The position numbers were made by a program, and so were the translations under genes. Positions 1 through 14,639 of a DNA stretch of 64,000 bases are shown one piece after another. The stretch comes from the human T2T-CHM13v2.0 reference genome, Homo sapiens. The notes below the pieces were generated by a model. The model saw nothing but the letters and a program-made list of their open reading frames with translations, did not search any database and was not told the origin of the DNA. The stretch lies in the NCBI RefSeq assembly GCF_009914755.1, contig NC_060935.1. One strand, given 5' to 3'. Position 1 is the stretch's first letter, and each line of letters starts with the position of its first letter.

Positions 1-829
1 TGACTAATCACAGGAGTGAGCCAGTCTTTAGGTTGGTCATGGAACTCTTCTCTCTGGAAGGCTGACAAATGGTGTTTATGCCAATGAATTCCGAGTCAAT
101 AGCTACATTGATGCAGCTGGTATTGAACTAGCAAGAGCTTGAGATCCAGCAAGTCTGAGTCACCATCTCTTTCACAAGTGCTTGTGTGTGATCAACTTTA
201 CTGATGCCTTGCTTCAATGGAACAAGCGTGATCCGAGTAGGACGCCTCCCCAAACAGCCTTTAGTCAAAGAACGGGTGAAAAAGGGAGAAAACAGGCATA
301 TATCTGGGACGTTCATAGCCTGAAAAGAAGGCACATGGCAGACACTAAAATGCCTTCCTCCAGGAGGCTTCACTGCACAACCGCCAGGCCTACTCACAAA
401 ACCTATCAACCCAGACAGACGACCTATTTTCAAGGTACTCCTTCCCCTGTGTAAGGTCCACACTTCTACGCTAGCAGAAAATAAATGAAATGATATTTTT
501 CAACCTTCCTAGAATAAACAAAAACTCACATGGATATCCTTCCAAAATGGGTTCAAAGGATTTCTATCTCATTCAACGATTTTTATATTGATGGATATGA
601 TGAAGCTGTTTAAAACTCTATTCAATTATGATTGCTGGTCCTGTACAATAACCCGCAGTGGGGAGATGTGTTTTCATAGCAAGACGTGTGAAAAATCTTC
701 AGGAGTTTTGTAGTTTTCTCACAGTTCTGAGTTTTAAAAAGTGAAATGGCTGTTTAACAAAAGGACATTCGATCATACATTGCATTTTGTTTCCACAGTA
801 GGTACATTTAGCAAGTAAAGAATCAGAAC

Positions 830-1325
830 AAAAGAGACAAAATGGCTCTGCTCTGCTCTAGGGAGCCCATATCTGGTGACAACATGTAATAGGAGACTGT
901 ACAAACCAAGACATTGGGCATGAAAGAGCCGGAAATGAGAAGAACTTCACGATTGGGAACTAGATGGACATGAAGAAAGGCGTTGTCAGGGGAGACAAGA
1001 GGGCAGCGTGGGAACACGTGAAGCACTGTGGAGAGGTGGACTCACATCTATTCTGTTGTCTCCCAGGGCAGGACTAGTATTAGCATGTGGATTTTACAGA
1101 GAGACCATGGGAGTGTGATGGGATGAGGCCCATTTCCATAGCCACAGCTACTGGGAGCAACAGGAGCTGTGTCAGGTAGCAGACATGCTTAGGCCCTTAG
1201 GGAGGGCCTGGCAGAGGCTGCTTGAATGCATGCTGTGGAGGCGTAGAAGATGTGTATTCTGGATTGGGTGCATATGAACCAATGAGCTGCAAGTTTTCTT
1301 CTAATACAGATAGTATATGAATCCC
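830..1325 (+). mobile_element. L3/CR1 LINE 3' fragment (highly diverged)
   Basis: Resembles the L3 3' end (ctattctgttgtctcccagggcaggactag ... ttttcttctaatacagatagtatatga); boundaries approximate. Confidence 0.45.
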
Positions 1326-3149
1326 TAAATCCATCTCTGTATCTTAAAATAGTTTATTTGGGAAGGTACATAACTCAAAGCACTTAAATAAATAGCTTAC
1401 TCTCCTGTACACCAAGAAACACAAACAACATGATGGATAAGAGAAGAGAAGGATTACTTTCCCAGCAACAAAATAATGCATATAAAAAAAGGAGAAGTGT
1501 TAAGCTGGCTAACTGTAAACAACGGGGGGCTCTAGTTCACACAGACATTTTGGGCAAACCTAGGTCTTGAGGGGTAGAAAAAACTCAGGAAAAGAATCAG
1601 AACCACCTATGCAGGAGGTGGGGAGAGGGTGGCAAGAGGGAATTGTAGGTGGAGTTCTTTAGAGGATCTTACAATAGTTTCTTGCTTAAAATTAGCTCTG
1701 GGGGAAAACAAACAGAAGAATATATTGTTATATGTTGCTCTTGGAAATTACCTTTGCTTTTATTATTGTCTTATAAGTAATAAATTATTTTTTGTTTTTT
1801 AGTTTTAAGAAATTTTTTTCTTGTGATAAGATTCACAGTTCAGTGCTTCAACATACACATATGACGCTACAGTCGCCTAGTGATGGAAATCCAGTGACAG
1901 AGAGGCAGGGGAACAGTTAGCTGGATAGATGAGCTAAACAAGCCAACCCTCTATCTTGCAAAAGGACTGAGGGGAGGGGAGTGCACAGCTATTCTGAGGT
2001 TGATGTTAAGAAGTCTTGGTTCCACTTGTACATTTTCATCCTTCCCAAGTATTCCGCAAAATGTGGAATATCCATGCTGCTCTGAATTATAGATGTGATG
2101 ACTAATCCTTCAGCAACAACTTGATTTCCCCTAAAGGCCTCTAATCCTTAATTAATGCTAACTACCAACACCTCATACTGCAGTTTACCATTGCTTGTCT
2201 TTTTTGGAAAGAAAGGAAAATTATCCAAGTCTACTAAAGTAGAGTCTCCAAGAAGGCAAGATTTCTGTTTCTTATTTATCATTAAATCCTCATACTTAGT
2301 AAAACTCTAACAGCCAGTAGATGCTCAAATATGTTTATGAAATGAAGGAATAAACAAACTCAATCTTTGCACTGACTCGGGAGAGACTCCTGAAGAGAAG
2401 TCTTTCACAGTCTGGATCCAGCCTTCACGAGACTGTCCTGCACACGTCCCGCCCTCCATCCAGCCAAATAGTTCTGCATTGCTCAAATGAGCACCATTTC
2501 CCCCACCCCTACACAGCTCCTATCTCCATGGAAAGCCTGATGTCTCTGCTGAACTCTTTACTTACTCTTCAAGAACCAACTTGAGAACTTTTTCCCTGAG
2601 ATGTCGCCCCTGACTGCTGCAAACAAGACCTCTCTCCTTGGAGTGTCACACCGTCCTGTGCATGTCACGTGGGCAGAGATTGGCACACTGATTTCTACAT
2701 TTATATGCACCTGTCTCCCTTAGTAAGAGGAGAGTGGTTTATTTGGGGGCAGAAGAGAAGATACTCATTTTATACTTTTTTTGTCATTGTTTTTCCCTCT
2801 GATTTTTAAATTGCAAATATTTTTCTCTTCACATAAAAAGATTGGAAACATGCCAAAGTACATAAAGCAAAATCTCCACCCTCAGCAATCTCATTCTTTT
2901 AGAGGTGGCCACTTGTATACAATTGTGGTGTGCTTTTAGAGGTGGTTTTCTGTACGTGCAATCTCTCAAACATCTCTGGATGTATATCTAACCTATAGAT
3001 ATAGATATATACTAGGACATGGACATACAGATATAGGTATAGATACACTGATATTTTTAAAACAAGTTACTAATGTATGTTTGCCAAATTACAACTTATT
3101 TTTTCCACGTAACAATATGTTCCAATATTTCCCATGTCATTATATGTAG

Positions 3150-3712
3150 AAGAATTAAAAATAAAACTACCATTCAACCCAGTAATCCCTTTGTTGGGTA
3201 CATAGCCAAAGGAATATAAATTGTTCTACCATAAAGACATATACACCCATATGTTCATTGTAGCACTATTCACAATAGCAAAGACATGGAATCCACCTAG
3301 AAGGCCATCAACGGTGGACTGGATAAAGAAAATGTGGTACATACACACTATGGAATACTACAAAGCCATAAAAAGGATGAAATTATGTCGTTTGCAGAAA
3401 CATGGGTTTAGCTGGAGGCCATTATCCCAAGCAAATTAATGCAGGAACAGAAATCCGAGCACTGCATATTCTCACTTATAAGTAGGAGATAAACATTGAG
3501 TACATATGTATACAAAGAAAAGAATAATAGATACAGGGGCCCACTTGAGAGTGGAAGGTGGAAGGAGGGTAAAGACTGAAAAACTACCTATCAGGTATTA
3601 TGCTGATTACCCAGGTGACAAAATTATCTCTGCGCCAAACTCCCAGGACACACAATTTAGCCACGTAACAAACCTGCACACGTACTCCTGGAAATTAAAA
3701 GTTGGAAAGAAA
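3150..3712 (+). mobile_element. L1 3' end, 5'-truncated (L1PA15/16-like)
   Basis: ORF 3221-3439 gives the L1 ORF2 C-terminus (MFIVALFTIAKTWN..WIKKMWYIHTMEYY), followed by L1PA 3'UTR (aaaactacctatcaggta..., aacaaacctgcaca). Confidence 0.9.
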
Positions 3713-4311
3713 ACAATGCATGCTTTTTTTTTTTTTTACCATTGAATTGGATTCCATAGCATGGAAGTATATTTTATGCCTTTTAGTCTACATTTCTAAG
3801 ATTTAGCACAATTCTTGACACCCAATAAATGACTAGGTCCTACCTACAAATCAAGATGGTCAAACGTTTTGATGAATTTTTCTCCCCCATTGCTCTAAGC
3901 TTTTCCTGAGATAAATTGGGGAGCCATATCTCATCCCAGTTTATCATAAGTAAGTAGGTAAGTGGCATGAGAGCAAGAGGCTGACACCAGGAAGATGCGT
4001 TGTTCAGAAGATGAGCATTTCTGTATCCAAGCAGAGTGCAGAAAAGGCAAAGAAGAAAAAGTAAATGAAGGAGAGGAGAAAAAGATGGGATTTTCTGGAA
4101 TTCCAGAGAGTTGAGGTAGCAGAATAGCAGAAAATGAGTAACTTGGAGGAATTTGTTCTCATGCTGTGTCTCCGGCTCAGAAAATGTCAACACTGGCTAA
4201 AGCCACTATGCCTGAGAAATAGGGTTGGAGGTCTCTGCCTGCCTTCTCACCGCCTCTCCAAACTTATCTGCCAGTATTTACCTCCTAACTTTTTAGGTCA
4301 GTATTTCATGC

Positions 4312-4620
4312 CATCCATTCATTCAATCAATGGTTTTTTATTGTTTATTAATTACTATGAATCTGGTATTGTTCAACGTGCTGAGAAATTAGCTGTCACC
4401 AAACAAAGCCTCCAAGCCTTAATGGAGCTTATATTCCAGCGGAACAGGCAGACAATGAACACACAATAAAAAATAATTCACTGTCAGCCATTGAGAACTG
4501 CTGTGAAAAGATAGACATAAAGAAATAGACAAAGATCCGGGAATGATTTAGGTGGAATAATCAAGGAGGGGTCTCTGCCGAGGTAACGTTGACCAGAGGT
4601 CTGCATGCCCAGAGGAGGTC
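4312..4620 (-). mobile_element. L2 LINE 3' fragment
   Basis: catccattcattcaatc tail, then typical reverse-L2 text (atggagcttatattccagcggaac). Confidence 0.65.
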
Positions 4621-5359
4621 AGCCATTCCACCTCCGGCTGAAGCCATCCTTCCCTCCTGCACTAGGTTGGGTAGATGGGAGATGGCCAGTCCTACCTGTC
4701 TGCCGAACCCATCCTCCATCATTTTCCCTCTGCCACCAATTAGCTAGATCAGCTGGGGCGATTATTCCTACAACCTGTGTCTTGCTTTCAACCTTTGTAA
4801 AACAAGGAACTGGACTCATGGCTTCTATGGTCCCTCCACAAATAACAATCATTGATGGTGTGCTGTTACTGCTGTCAGGGGGACCTCACTATTCAACCGT
4901 CATATATCCCTTCCCAACACAGAAAGACCCCAGTAGACCACTCCACAGCAGACAAAGGCAGAACAGTCTCGCCCTCCCTCATTTTGCCCAAGTACCTGAG
5001 ATTAGGAGCTGTTGGCCAGCGGCTCTGTCCCTTGTTTTCGATGATTTCAAGGTAATGTTTCTTCCAGGGAAACTTCTTCTAGTAGCAACCCACTCAGTTA
5101 CCCTGCAAGTTAGGCCCCAATATTCCTTGTGGAAGCTCAGGTGGGAAACAGGCATCACTGACACTGGCTCTGCCACACCAGCCAAGGGATCCTGCCAGGA
5201 CCCAACATGCTGCTTCATCTCACAGACATCTCTGGGTGTGCTTCTGTAGAAGGCAGCAGGTGGCCATGAGAATACATAGGCTTTGAAGCCTCCCTCCCGG
5301 ACATGCAGCTCAGCGCTTCTGCTTACCAGCAGTGTGATCCTGACCCATAATTAAAAGTA

Positions 5360-5610
5360 GCTGCACTTGTTTAGTATCTTCTGTGTGTCAGGGCCGAGCA
5401 CGTGACCTGAATGAGCTGGCGTTTTACCACAGGAAGACTAGCAGTTTCTGCTGTTACATAGGAGGTGCTGTTATGTCACCATCACACAAACACAGAGACT
5501 GAGGTTCAGAGAGATGATAAGTAACTTGCCCGAGATGATAAATAACAAAGCCCGTGGTAACTGGTGGTAGAATTACTACTCAAAACTAGGTTTATCTCCA
5601 AATCTCACGC
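5360..5610 (-). mobile_element. MIR SINE
   Basis: Reverse MIR core gagactgaggttcagagag...gtaacttgcccgag. Confidence 0.6.
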
Positions 5611-6196
5611 TTTCAGTTATACACCTTCCAAGCAAGTTACTCAATCTCTTTGGGATAGGTTTGCTCATCTGAAACCGGGATAATAACAGCTGCCTGGCAG
5701 CCCCTCAAGGGACAAATGCAGAGACCTAGAGTAGATTCTCTACAGATTCTAAACTTATTTTACTAAGAAGGGGGAGTTGAATGTGAGTTCCTTTTGCTGC
5801 TGTTTCCTCTCTCAACCTTGCCTCACAGTATGGTATGAGGCCAGGAGTATCTTCGCCTCTCAGGTGAAGCCATGGGAGATCAGGAGGCTAAGTGAGGAGG
5901 TGGTAGTCAGTGTTCGCCTCGGAGGCTTTTGACACAGGACTTTTCTATCTCAAATTACCGCCAATAGGGAGTTGTGAGTTATCTGTATAAAGAGGTAGAA
6001 CTAGAAGATAAATTACTAAGAAGGGTAAGTCATTCGCAATATCTGGTCAATCCTGTCTGTGAATGATTATAAAATTTTGGATTGGTGAAGTCCATGGTAA
6101 TGAGGTATACCTGTATCTAGCTGTCAGATTATGCTAAGACTTTTAAATTATATAATTTCTATTCATTGCAGAATAATTTAAACAGATGCAAAGGAC

Positions 6197-6497
<301 letters not shown>

Positions 6498-7249
6498 TGC
6501 AAAGGACAAGGGACCTTTTTTGTCTTAACTGATAATTGACATCTTCAATTAGGAAGTATTTAAGTTATGCAAAATACATATTCTGAAAATAAAAGAACAA
6601 GAAATAATTAAGCCAAGTTTATTGTTATCTGAATGTCAAATTAAAAGAAAACCAATAAACTGGTCATTTGAATTACATGTAAATCGTTTGTAAGCCCACA
6701 TTTGAAATTTCTATTTCGTCATTCACATGAGTGGGTAGTTCCTCCCTGACTCTTAAACCTACCCTTATTCTCCATTCTCTGATAGAGAAGAAGAAGTTAG
6801 TGAGGAAGAACTGGATCACGTGGCATCCATCAGGTCTTCATAAAGAAGGATGTTATGATATCTGGGCACCAGTGAGAATATAAGGCTACCAAGGAGTGGA
6901 CACTTTGTCAGGTCCCTGTGGCCTAACTTCACTAGGCACCTGTGAACACACACAAACCCACAACAGAACTATGCAAACAGTGAGTTTCTTGGGTTTTGTG
7001 TGTTTGGGTATTTCGTGTTGATATTCCTAAACTGACAATTAGTTTCATGATCCTTCAGAATTACAAACACCCCCTAAAGAGCAAAAGCAATCTTAGTTTT
7101 CTAAAGGGCTGGTGAGTAACAGGCTAGGGACAGGAGAGAACGCTGGCTTTACTGTAGCTGTTATTTCTCAGAAACATGGAAAATCAGTTTATCAGTTGAT
7201 ACTGACCTTAAATGAGTTCAGGATAAGAAAATATTACTTTTTGAATTAT

Positions 7250-7269
7250 TGTGATCTATTATATATATA

Positions 7270-7311
<42 letters not shown>

Positions 7312-8120
7312 CACATTTAGATATGGTCTTTGTCCTCTTTCTTGGAACACTGCTCTGAAAACCCTTGGAATCTCCAAACTGATAGTGTCTTCTTGCAGGC
7401 TAATGAGATGCCTGGCAGCTGGGGCCCAGGATGGCCTCAGGATGGTGGCTGGCTGCCAGGGAAGCCAATTCTGTGATTAAATAATTGGAACTTTCTGTCC
7501 CACCCTCTTCTTCCTGGGAGGGGAGATGAGGTGAAGGTTGAGTTGCTCACCAATGGCTAATGATGTAATCAATTATGGCAACCTAATGAAGCTTTGATAA
7601 AAAACCCAAAAGGCAGGGTTTGAAGAGCTTCTGGTTGCTGAACACTGGTAGGTTCCTTGAGGGTGGTGCTCTGGAAGAGGGCCTGGAAGCTCTACACCCC
7701 TCCCCGCTGCCTTGCCCCACACACCTCTTCCAGCCGGCTGCTCCCCTGTATCCTCTATTGATACACAGGCAAGTGTATGTAAAGTGTTTCCCTGAGTTCT
7801 GTGATCCACTCTAGTAAATGAATTAAACCTGAAGAGGTGGGGGCTGGGAACGCTGATCAGCAGCACTGGTCCCAACCCAGGGCTTGCACCTAGCACCTGA
7901 AGTGGGAGGCAGTGCTGTGGGCTGAGCCTCACCCTATGGGGACTGACGCCGTCTCCAGGTAGACAGTGTCAGAATTGAATTGAATTGGAGAACGCCCAGT
8001 CCTCACGATCATTGCTCAGTTGGTGTGTGGGGAAAAATTTCTCACTCATCTGATGTCAGAAGTGTTGCGTTGCGTGAGACAAGAGAGTAGGAAAAACATT
8101 TAGTATTTTTTTTCCTTGTC
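7250..8120 (+). mobile_element. MER21-family solo LTR
   Basis: tgtgat start, ggtctttgtcc...aaaacccttggaat, caccaatggctaatgatgtaatcaat, gacagtgtcagaattgaattgaatt match MER21B/C. Confidence 0.8.
7260..7312. repeat. (TA)n microsatellite inside the MER21 5' end
   Basis: Direct: TA runs interrupted by gtgt. Confidence 0.95.
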
Positions 8121-8204
8121 TTTAAGAATTATCCTGGATGAGTAAGAATCCCAAGAAAATGCCACTTGGTGTAAAGATATTTTGTGCTTATAAAATTAGG
8201 AAGA

Positions 8205-8500
8205 GTAAAGCGCGGTGTGAATGAGCAAGAGTTTTGGATTCCAACAAGCCAGGGTCAGGTCTTCCTAAGATGTCAGAGTGCAATGGCAAAGTGGGGGCCA
8301 GGGTTCACAATCTGTCTCCAAATCCCAGACAGCTCTGTAATCTTGCACAAGTTATGTATATCCACTTAGCCCCAGCTCCCTGATGGGTGAGATGGAGATG
8401 CTACTACTGCCGTGAGGAATACAAGAGCTAATGTACATACATGATGTAGTACCATGTCTAGTGCCTACAGTTAACATTTAATAATAACTGTATTATTCTG
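8205..8500 (+). mobile_element. MIR SINE
   Basis: caaatcccagacagctctgtaatcttgcacaagtta...gtgaggaatacaagagctaatg...gtgcct MIR core and tail. Confidence 0.55.
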
Positions 8501-8619
8501 TAAATCAGGGTGATGATATTGGCTATATTTTATAAGGCTGTTTCAAGGTTTCAAAAAGACAATGCACAAAAAACTGCTCCCCATGGTGCCTAAAACGTCA
8601 TCAATGCTCAATGAATGCG

Positions 8620-8657
8620 AGCAGTACATTAAAGATCAGCAGTACATTAAGATCAGC
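8620..8657. repeat. Short tandem duplication (18/17 bp unit)
   Basis: agcagtacattaaagatc agcagtacattaagatc agc. Confidence 0.9.
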
Positions 8658-9372
8658 GTGATTAAAGACAGTGAGCAGAACTCGCCATACTGAGGTCTGT
8701 TCCTGTTTCCCTTTCTTAGAGACATTGATGAGTTCAGTTCTGTATCTACTACCACGTAGCAATGAAACATTTAGGAAACTGCATAACTTCTGGAGTCCTC
8801 AGTTTCCTGAGCTATGAAATATAAAAACTATATGATCAAAGGCCCTTTCAGCTCTTGAACTGCTGGATTCTATGATTCTTCAGTTAAAGTTGTGAAAGCG
8901 TGTTAAGAGAGGAAGAGAAACACCCTGTACTCTCAGAAACATTTGCATATCTAAGCCACTAATAAATGAAGGGTAGTAGATTTGGAAAGCTGTTTATAGG
9001 CTGTTCCAAAAACCAAGCACCCAATGTCACCCTGAGAGATCACTAGGGCCGAGCAAAGGCTGTGCTCTCCTGCTCGATGAAGCTTCTATCTGTGTATCCT
9101 GGTGTGCTTGTTTACCAGCTGTGACCCACTGGTCTAAAATGGAAACAAGAAATGCACTGCCTCGGCGGAGTCTTCTGGTCCGCAGGTTTGTGAATGGATG
9201 CAGCACCCACGCTTACCCTCCACACTCTCACGATGTCCACACAGCTACGGTGACCTATTCATGTCTTAGGACGGGTAGGTGGAGGGAGCCTGGGATCACC
9301 AATGACTGAGAAGCGAGGCCCGGATCACGTAGTCCAGATGTTGCTCCTGAAATGCACTCACGTGATCTCTCA

Positions 9373-9765
<393 letters not shown>

Positions 9766-10229
9766 TTAACAGGCTTTAAGTCAGGAGGGTAACAATTGAA
9801 TATCAGAGTTTTCAGATGTTTCTCCAACTAATGAATGGTGATAATGATGATCCAGTTTAAAGGGTTTAAACTGTCATACCGTGATTCTAATTTCAGATCT
9901 GCCTGTAGCTCTGCGGAGATCTCTGGACAATTCGCTCTGTCACTAAGCCTCACTTTTTCCATCTGTGAAACGGCGGCGGTTGGGCTAGGGTTAGCAGAAC
10001 TAGATGACTTCTGAGATTCCTCAAATTCTGATTCTAATCATGTATTCATTTAAAGAAATCGATATCTGAGATTGCCACTGGTGCCATAAGTCTGTCATGT
10101 ACTATCCAGACTCAGATGGCAATGCCGACTGAGGAAGAAGGCAGATTGTCAAATGCTATTTGGCAGCCCAGGCTTCTAGATACATTGCCGTCACTATGAT
10201 TATCTTGCAATATGAGAGGACCAGACATC

Positions 10230-10697
10230 CCTGTGGCATCTTTCCTTCCTGCCGTAGTTCTCCTCACACTCTACTGTGGACTTTTTGGACCCTGTAACAC
10301 GCTCTGTTTTACTTCGCCGCAGGGTCTTCATTCATGCTGTGTTTTTGCCTGAAAAATATTTTTCCCTCCTTTACCCATCTACTTAGCACCTCTACGCTTT
10401 GTAATTAAGAACTCAAACTGCATTTAACCACCCTAGGCAAGGTTAAGAGCTCCTTACTCTGAGCTCCCATAGCATTATTTTTTTCTCTCTTCAGAGCATC
10501 TACCATGATTTATTGTAATAGCTTATTTAGCTGTTGGTCTTCCTTACTGTATTATACATTATGCTGGGGAAGGCAGACTGTCTATCTTGCTCACCATTTA
10601 TCTCAAGCATTTAGCTTATTGCTTAGCACATTGTATTACATTGCATTGCACTGTATTGTTGTATTACCACGTATAAATACCAGTGAGTGAATGAATG
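10230..10697 (+). mobile_element. L2 LINE 3' fragment
   Basis: gcagggtcttcattcatgctg..., tctatcttgctcacc..., ends gagtgaatgaatg. Confidence 0.65.
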
Positions 10698-11409
10698 CGG
10701 GACAGAAGCCTACACTACCGTGTGTTCTACTACATTCAGTATCATTGTCGAGGGGCAGCTGGGGCATGGTAGAAAGGGCCATAGGTTAGGATTTTATAAC
10801 TCTCTGGAGTTTACTCTGGGCGCAGGATGTGGTGCAGAGTAAATCATTAAATTTCTCTTGATCTCTCAATTTTTGCATGAATAGATTTGGATAATAAAGT
10901 GCAATGAAGTATGTCAGTAGGGCATCGTAAATATAATTCCAATGCTGGCTATCCACATATGTGTATTAGTGAAGTTGAAGCAGGAAAAGCTGGATTTTGA
11001 CACATATTTGACATGCATCTCACCTCGAGTTATCCTTTGTCTGCTGTTAAGCTTCATGCACCTTCTCATGTCCATTTACTGAAGGAATTTCTAAGCACTA
11101 GCCATCCAAGTGAATAAAGGCTGCTGTAAGACTGAAGCACACGTTATCTAAAGCAATGGCCCTTCTCTAGGACCAAAGGGATACATCAAGTGCTGGAGTG
11201 AAGATATAAGACTTCATTCCCTATAAATCACGCTATTCCATGACTACCTATTCTAACTGCTCCCAAAGCACCCCTACTTTAACAACCTCCTCTGGTGTCT
11301 AAGAACCAAACCAACCCACTCTTGGGAGAAGACATACTTACATGGAAACAACAATAATAAAAAAATTACCTGAAATGCTGTCCTACGTTCTCTTCACATG
11401 ACCAATTCC

Positions 11410-11702
11410 TATTGTAAATTTCACTCATCATGAATGCCTTTCTGGAATCCTCCCTCTTCCCCCAAACTGTCAGGACCTCATTTAACACTCTTAAAGCATT
11501 CTGCCATGTGCCATTATATCACTTAATTACAGCTGTGATTAAATAATTATTGGTGTAATTATTTGTTTGATGTCTATTTCCCTTGACAGATTAAAAACTA
11601 TATAAGGACAAGGACTGTGTGAGACATGTTTACCCCTAGAATTTCCGCATCTAGTGCAATACCTGGCGTGGAAAAGATGTTCAACAATGATTTGCTGAAT
11701 GG
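11410..11702 (+). mobile_element. L2 LINE 3' fragment
   Basis: aggacaaggactgtg...catctagtgcaatacctggc...ttgctgaatg. Confidence 0.6.
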
Positions 11703-14639
11703 AAGATTATAGAACCAGACAAGTTTTCAGTATTGAGAGGTTTGAGAACAAGGGTTTCACATCACACATAAGAAAAGGCACACTTCTCAGCTGTCTTAAT
11801 GCCACAAAATTAAGTTCGAAAATAGAAATGCAAGTGTGTAGATATGGCACACCCATCCAAAGAAACCCATGGGGCAAATACTACCCATTTGAGTTTGCGA
11901 GACAACCTATCATTCTTCAGAGGGAAGGTGCTAATAGAATATAAAACACTTGATATTTCAGATATTTGACTTTGGATATGTCTGCTTTCCCAACCAGATC
12001 AGAATTCTGATAGAGGAACGTTGCTTACTCAGCTTGGTAACCACCCGGCTCCTAACACAGTGCACAGCTACGAGTAGACTTCTATGAATGGTGTGTTGAA
12101 CAAATGAATACATGGGTGGATGAATGAATGAATAAACTAGAGATATCTAAAAAGGCAACTAAAGAAATGAGCCCAGACTGTAAGGCAGAACTCATTCATC
12201 CATTAATGCCCTTGCATCAGGTATGAGAAAACATAATGTATCTGTTTCTAACTGAGTTTCACCTCTATTTATTATTAATAAATAACTTCCATAATGAACA
12301 TGACTTTTCTCAGAAACCTGCTAGATATTCAGGAGGAAGCAACTGTTGTGATGAGTTGGGAAGAAAAAAATGGCAGCTCACCCAGGAGCAGGTAGGTGCC
12401 TTCCAATTTAATTTAAGTATGCATATTTGCACGCACACACCTCTCCGTATGTGCTACCGCGACAATGCATAAAGTCTCTCTCACGGCATGTGCCTGACAG
12501 ACGAAGCTGGAACTGGGACGTGCCTCATTTGGCTGGGCTGTCACTCACTATTTTTTCATTACAGAAAAATGAAGTCCATTTCCAAGCGTCTGGGGGATAC
12601 ACAGTAATTGGGCTCTCCAAAGCCTTTTCACTGAATTTGCTCAAGTTGTGTTTATTTTTTTAGAGAATTAGGTGTTAACAGCGGATGGACAGAACATCAG
12701 AAAAATGAAGGCAAATGGACATGATAATAAAGAAAATGATGTGGTTTTTGCCTGCTCCCCTGCACTATCCCCTCTTTCTCCCGCCAGCCCCTCCCTTCTC
12801 TCTCCCTCTTCCCAGGTTGCCCCACTGCAGAATTCAGATCCCTTTTTCTGGTCTGGGTTCTTTCTCTGATGAAGTTCCCTTCAAGGTTTTTGTTACAAAA
12901 ACTTATATGTATCATGTATTTCTTTGACTGAACCTCTTTCCTTTTTGAGTGGAAAGCTATGGAAACTGAGCTCAAAGGGACATTTTTTCTTTGTTCCCTT
13001 CCTCATCCCCTGTTCCATCAAAGTTGAAATGACCACAAAATGGCTTTAGAGGAGCTAAAGGTTCCAACATACATGGCTATTTTTTTTTCTTTTGGGGTAA
13101 ATGTGAAGGTGGAATGAAGCTCTTTTCTAGGGGAAATGAACCTGGACCCTAACTCAGAAAGACCAGGTCTCAAATTCCACTTAGGTATGATCTCCGGACA
13201 TTTTTTTAACTTCTCTGAACTTGCTCCTTTTTTGAGACTACAGAAGATTAAATGTAGTGCCTGGTACAGAGGTGTGTGCGGTTAGAATGTTTTGGGTCTC
13301 TTGACACTTATTGGTGCCCTCTAGGAGCATTTATCTGTCTCAGATTTTTGAACATTGCCATAATCCCTTTACTCCCGTAAGAGGAAAGGATTTAGCTGAA
13401 AAACAAAAATTAAAAAAATGTGCAGAGAAGTCTCTCTACAAACTATAACCACCTAGTAATAGAAATGAAATGAGGCATCATTCAAAACAGAGGCTTGCCC
13501 ACTGCAACTCAGCTTTCTAATCATTCGTGATTGATGAGCCTGCCAGAAGGAATCAAATATTTCTGCAAATTCTGATGATTTAATGTACTCATTTCCCTCA
13601 GGTTCTGCTTTCTGGTGATGGTTTCCTGGGTCCCAGTGAGTGAGGTGGTGGACATTTGTTATTTTTAGAGCCTCTAATTGAGACCACAGCACCCAGCACC
13701 TAAAAATCCACTCTTTAAGCATAATAGTCTATTGATTACCTCAGTTATTGAACCCTGGGAAGTTCTGAATCCTCTCCCTCTCAAACTGGGAACAATAAGG
13801 CTTCAGAGCCTTGCACCTGTCAGGGATGGGTTTCCTGCACTACAATAAGACATTGTCAATCAGCAGCCTTGAGTCCTTGGAGATACCCCTCCTCAGACAC
13901 TGTTGCATATAAGTCAGAGGAGGGGCTTTGAAAACTTGAACACTTCCGAAGGTTCTGTAACTATGCTTTGGCATCAACAGTGGAACATGGTTTCCTAGAA
14001 GGGAGCTGAGGTACCCAGAGGCCCTTCCCTAATAGCTGGAATTGTATATCTTGTACCATGAGGCATCTGGGGCCAGGGAGTCATCTGGCTTTGTGGCAAC
14101 ACAGACTGTGTGGACTAAATCATCGTGAGCATCATCATTTATTATACCATCACCATTATCACAACACGCTTTTCACAATTTTTTTAAGTCTTACAACAAT
14201 CCTAATAAAGTAGACAGTTAAACCTTCAAGAGTATAAGCATTTGACTCAAACTCTTCAAGATAGGGAGTTAAAGAATGCAAAGTTGAAGCCAAGACTGTC
14301 TGCTTCTAAGACCTGCAGTACAAATACCATAAGTTAGTGTATATACTCAAACAAAGCCATGAACGCTGGGCTGTCAGATGGCAAGCCTAGTGCATACAGC
14401 CTGATAGCAGATTGACCGTGCCAGCTGTCACTTTTACAATCTCCATCACTCTAAGCAGAGCCTTTAAAGGGGTGGGGTTACACCTGCATAGTGAGGTGGG
14501 GGGTCAGGATCCTTCACCTGCTGGAACCTGAGCATGAAAGTACCCACACCACCACCAATCACAACATCATAATGACCAATCAATCAACCAAACCAGCAAG
14601 GACAACAACAAAAGCAATTTTTCCTGCCCACCACCCCGA

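Noticed and set aside
1-460. Overlapping ORFs at the window start; possible old LINE or exon
   Set aside because: No convincing RT or cellular protein similarity; could not assign
3221-3439. ORFs with L1 ORF2-like peptide (also 48123-48305)
   Set aside because: Remnants of 5'-truncated L1 copies, not genes
4605-5249. Longest ORF (214 aa)
   Set aside because: No recognisable domain, composition typical of non-coding frames, starts within an L2 remnant, no supporting gene structure
5253-5266. CTCF-like motifs (also near 13315, 18438, 25953)
   Set aside because: Each has mismatches at informative positions; expected by chance
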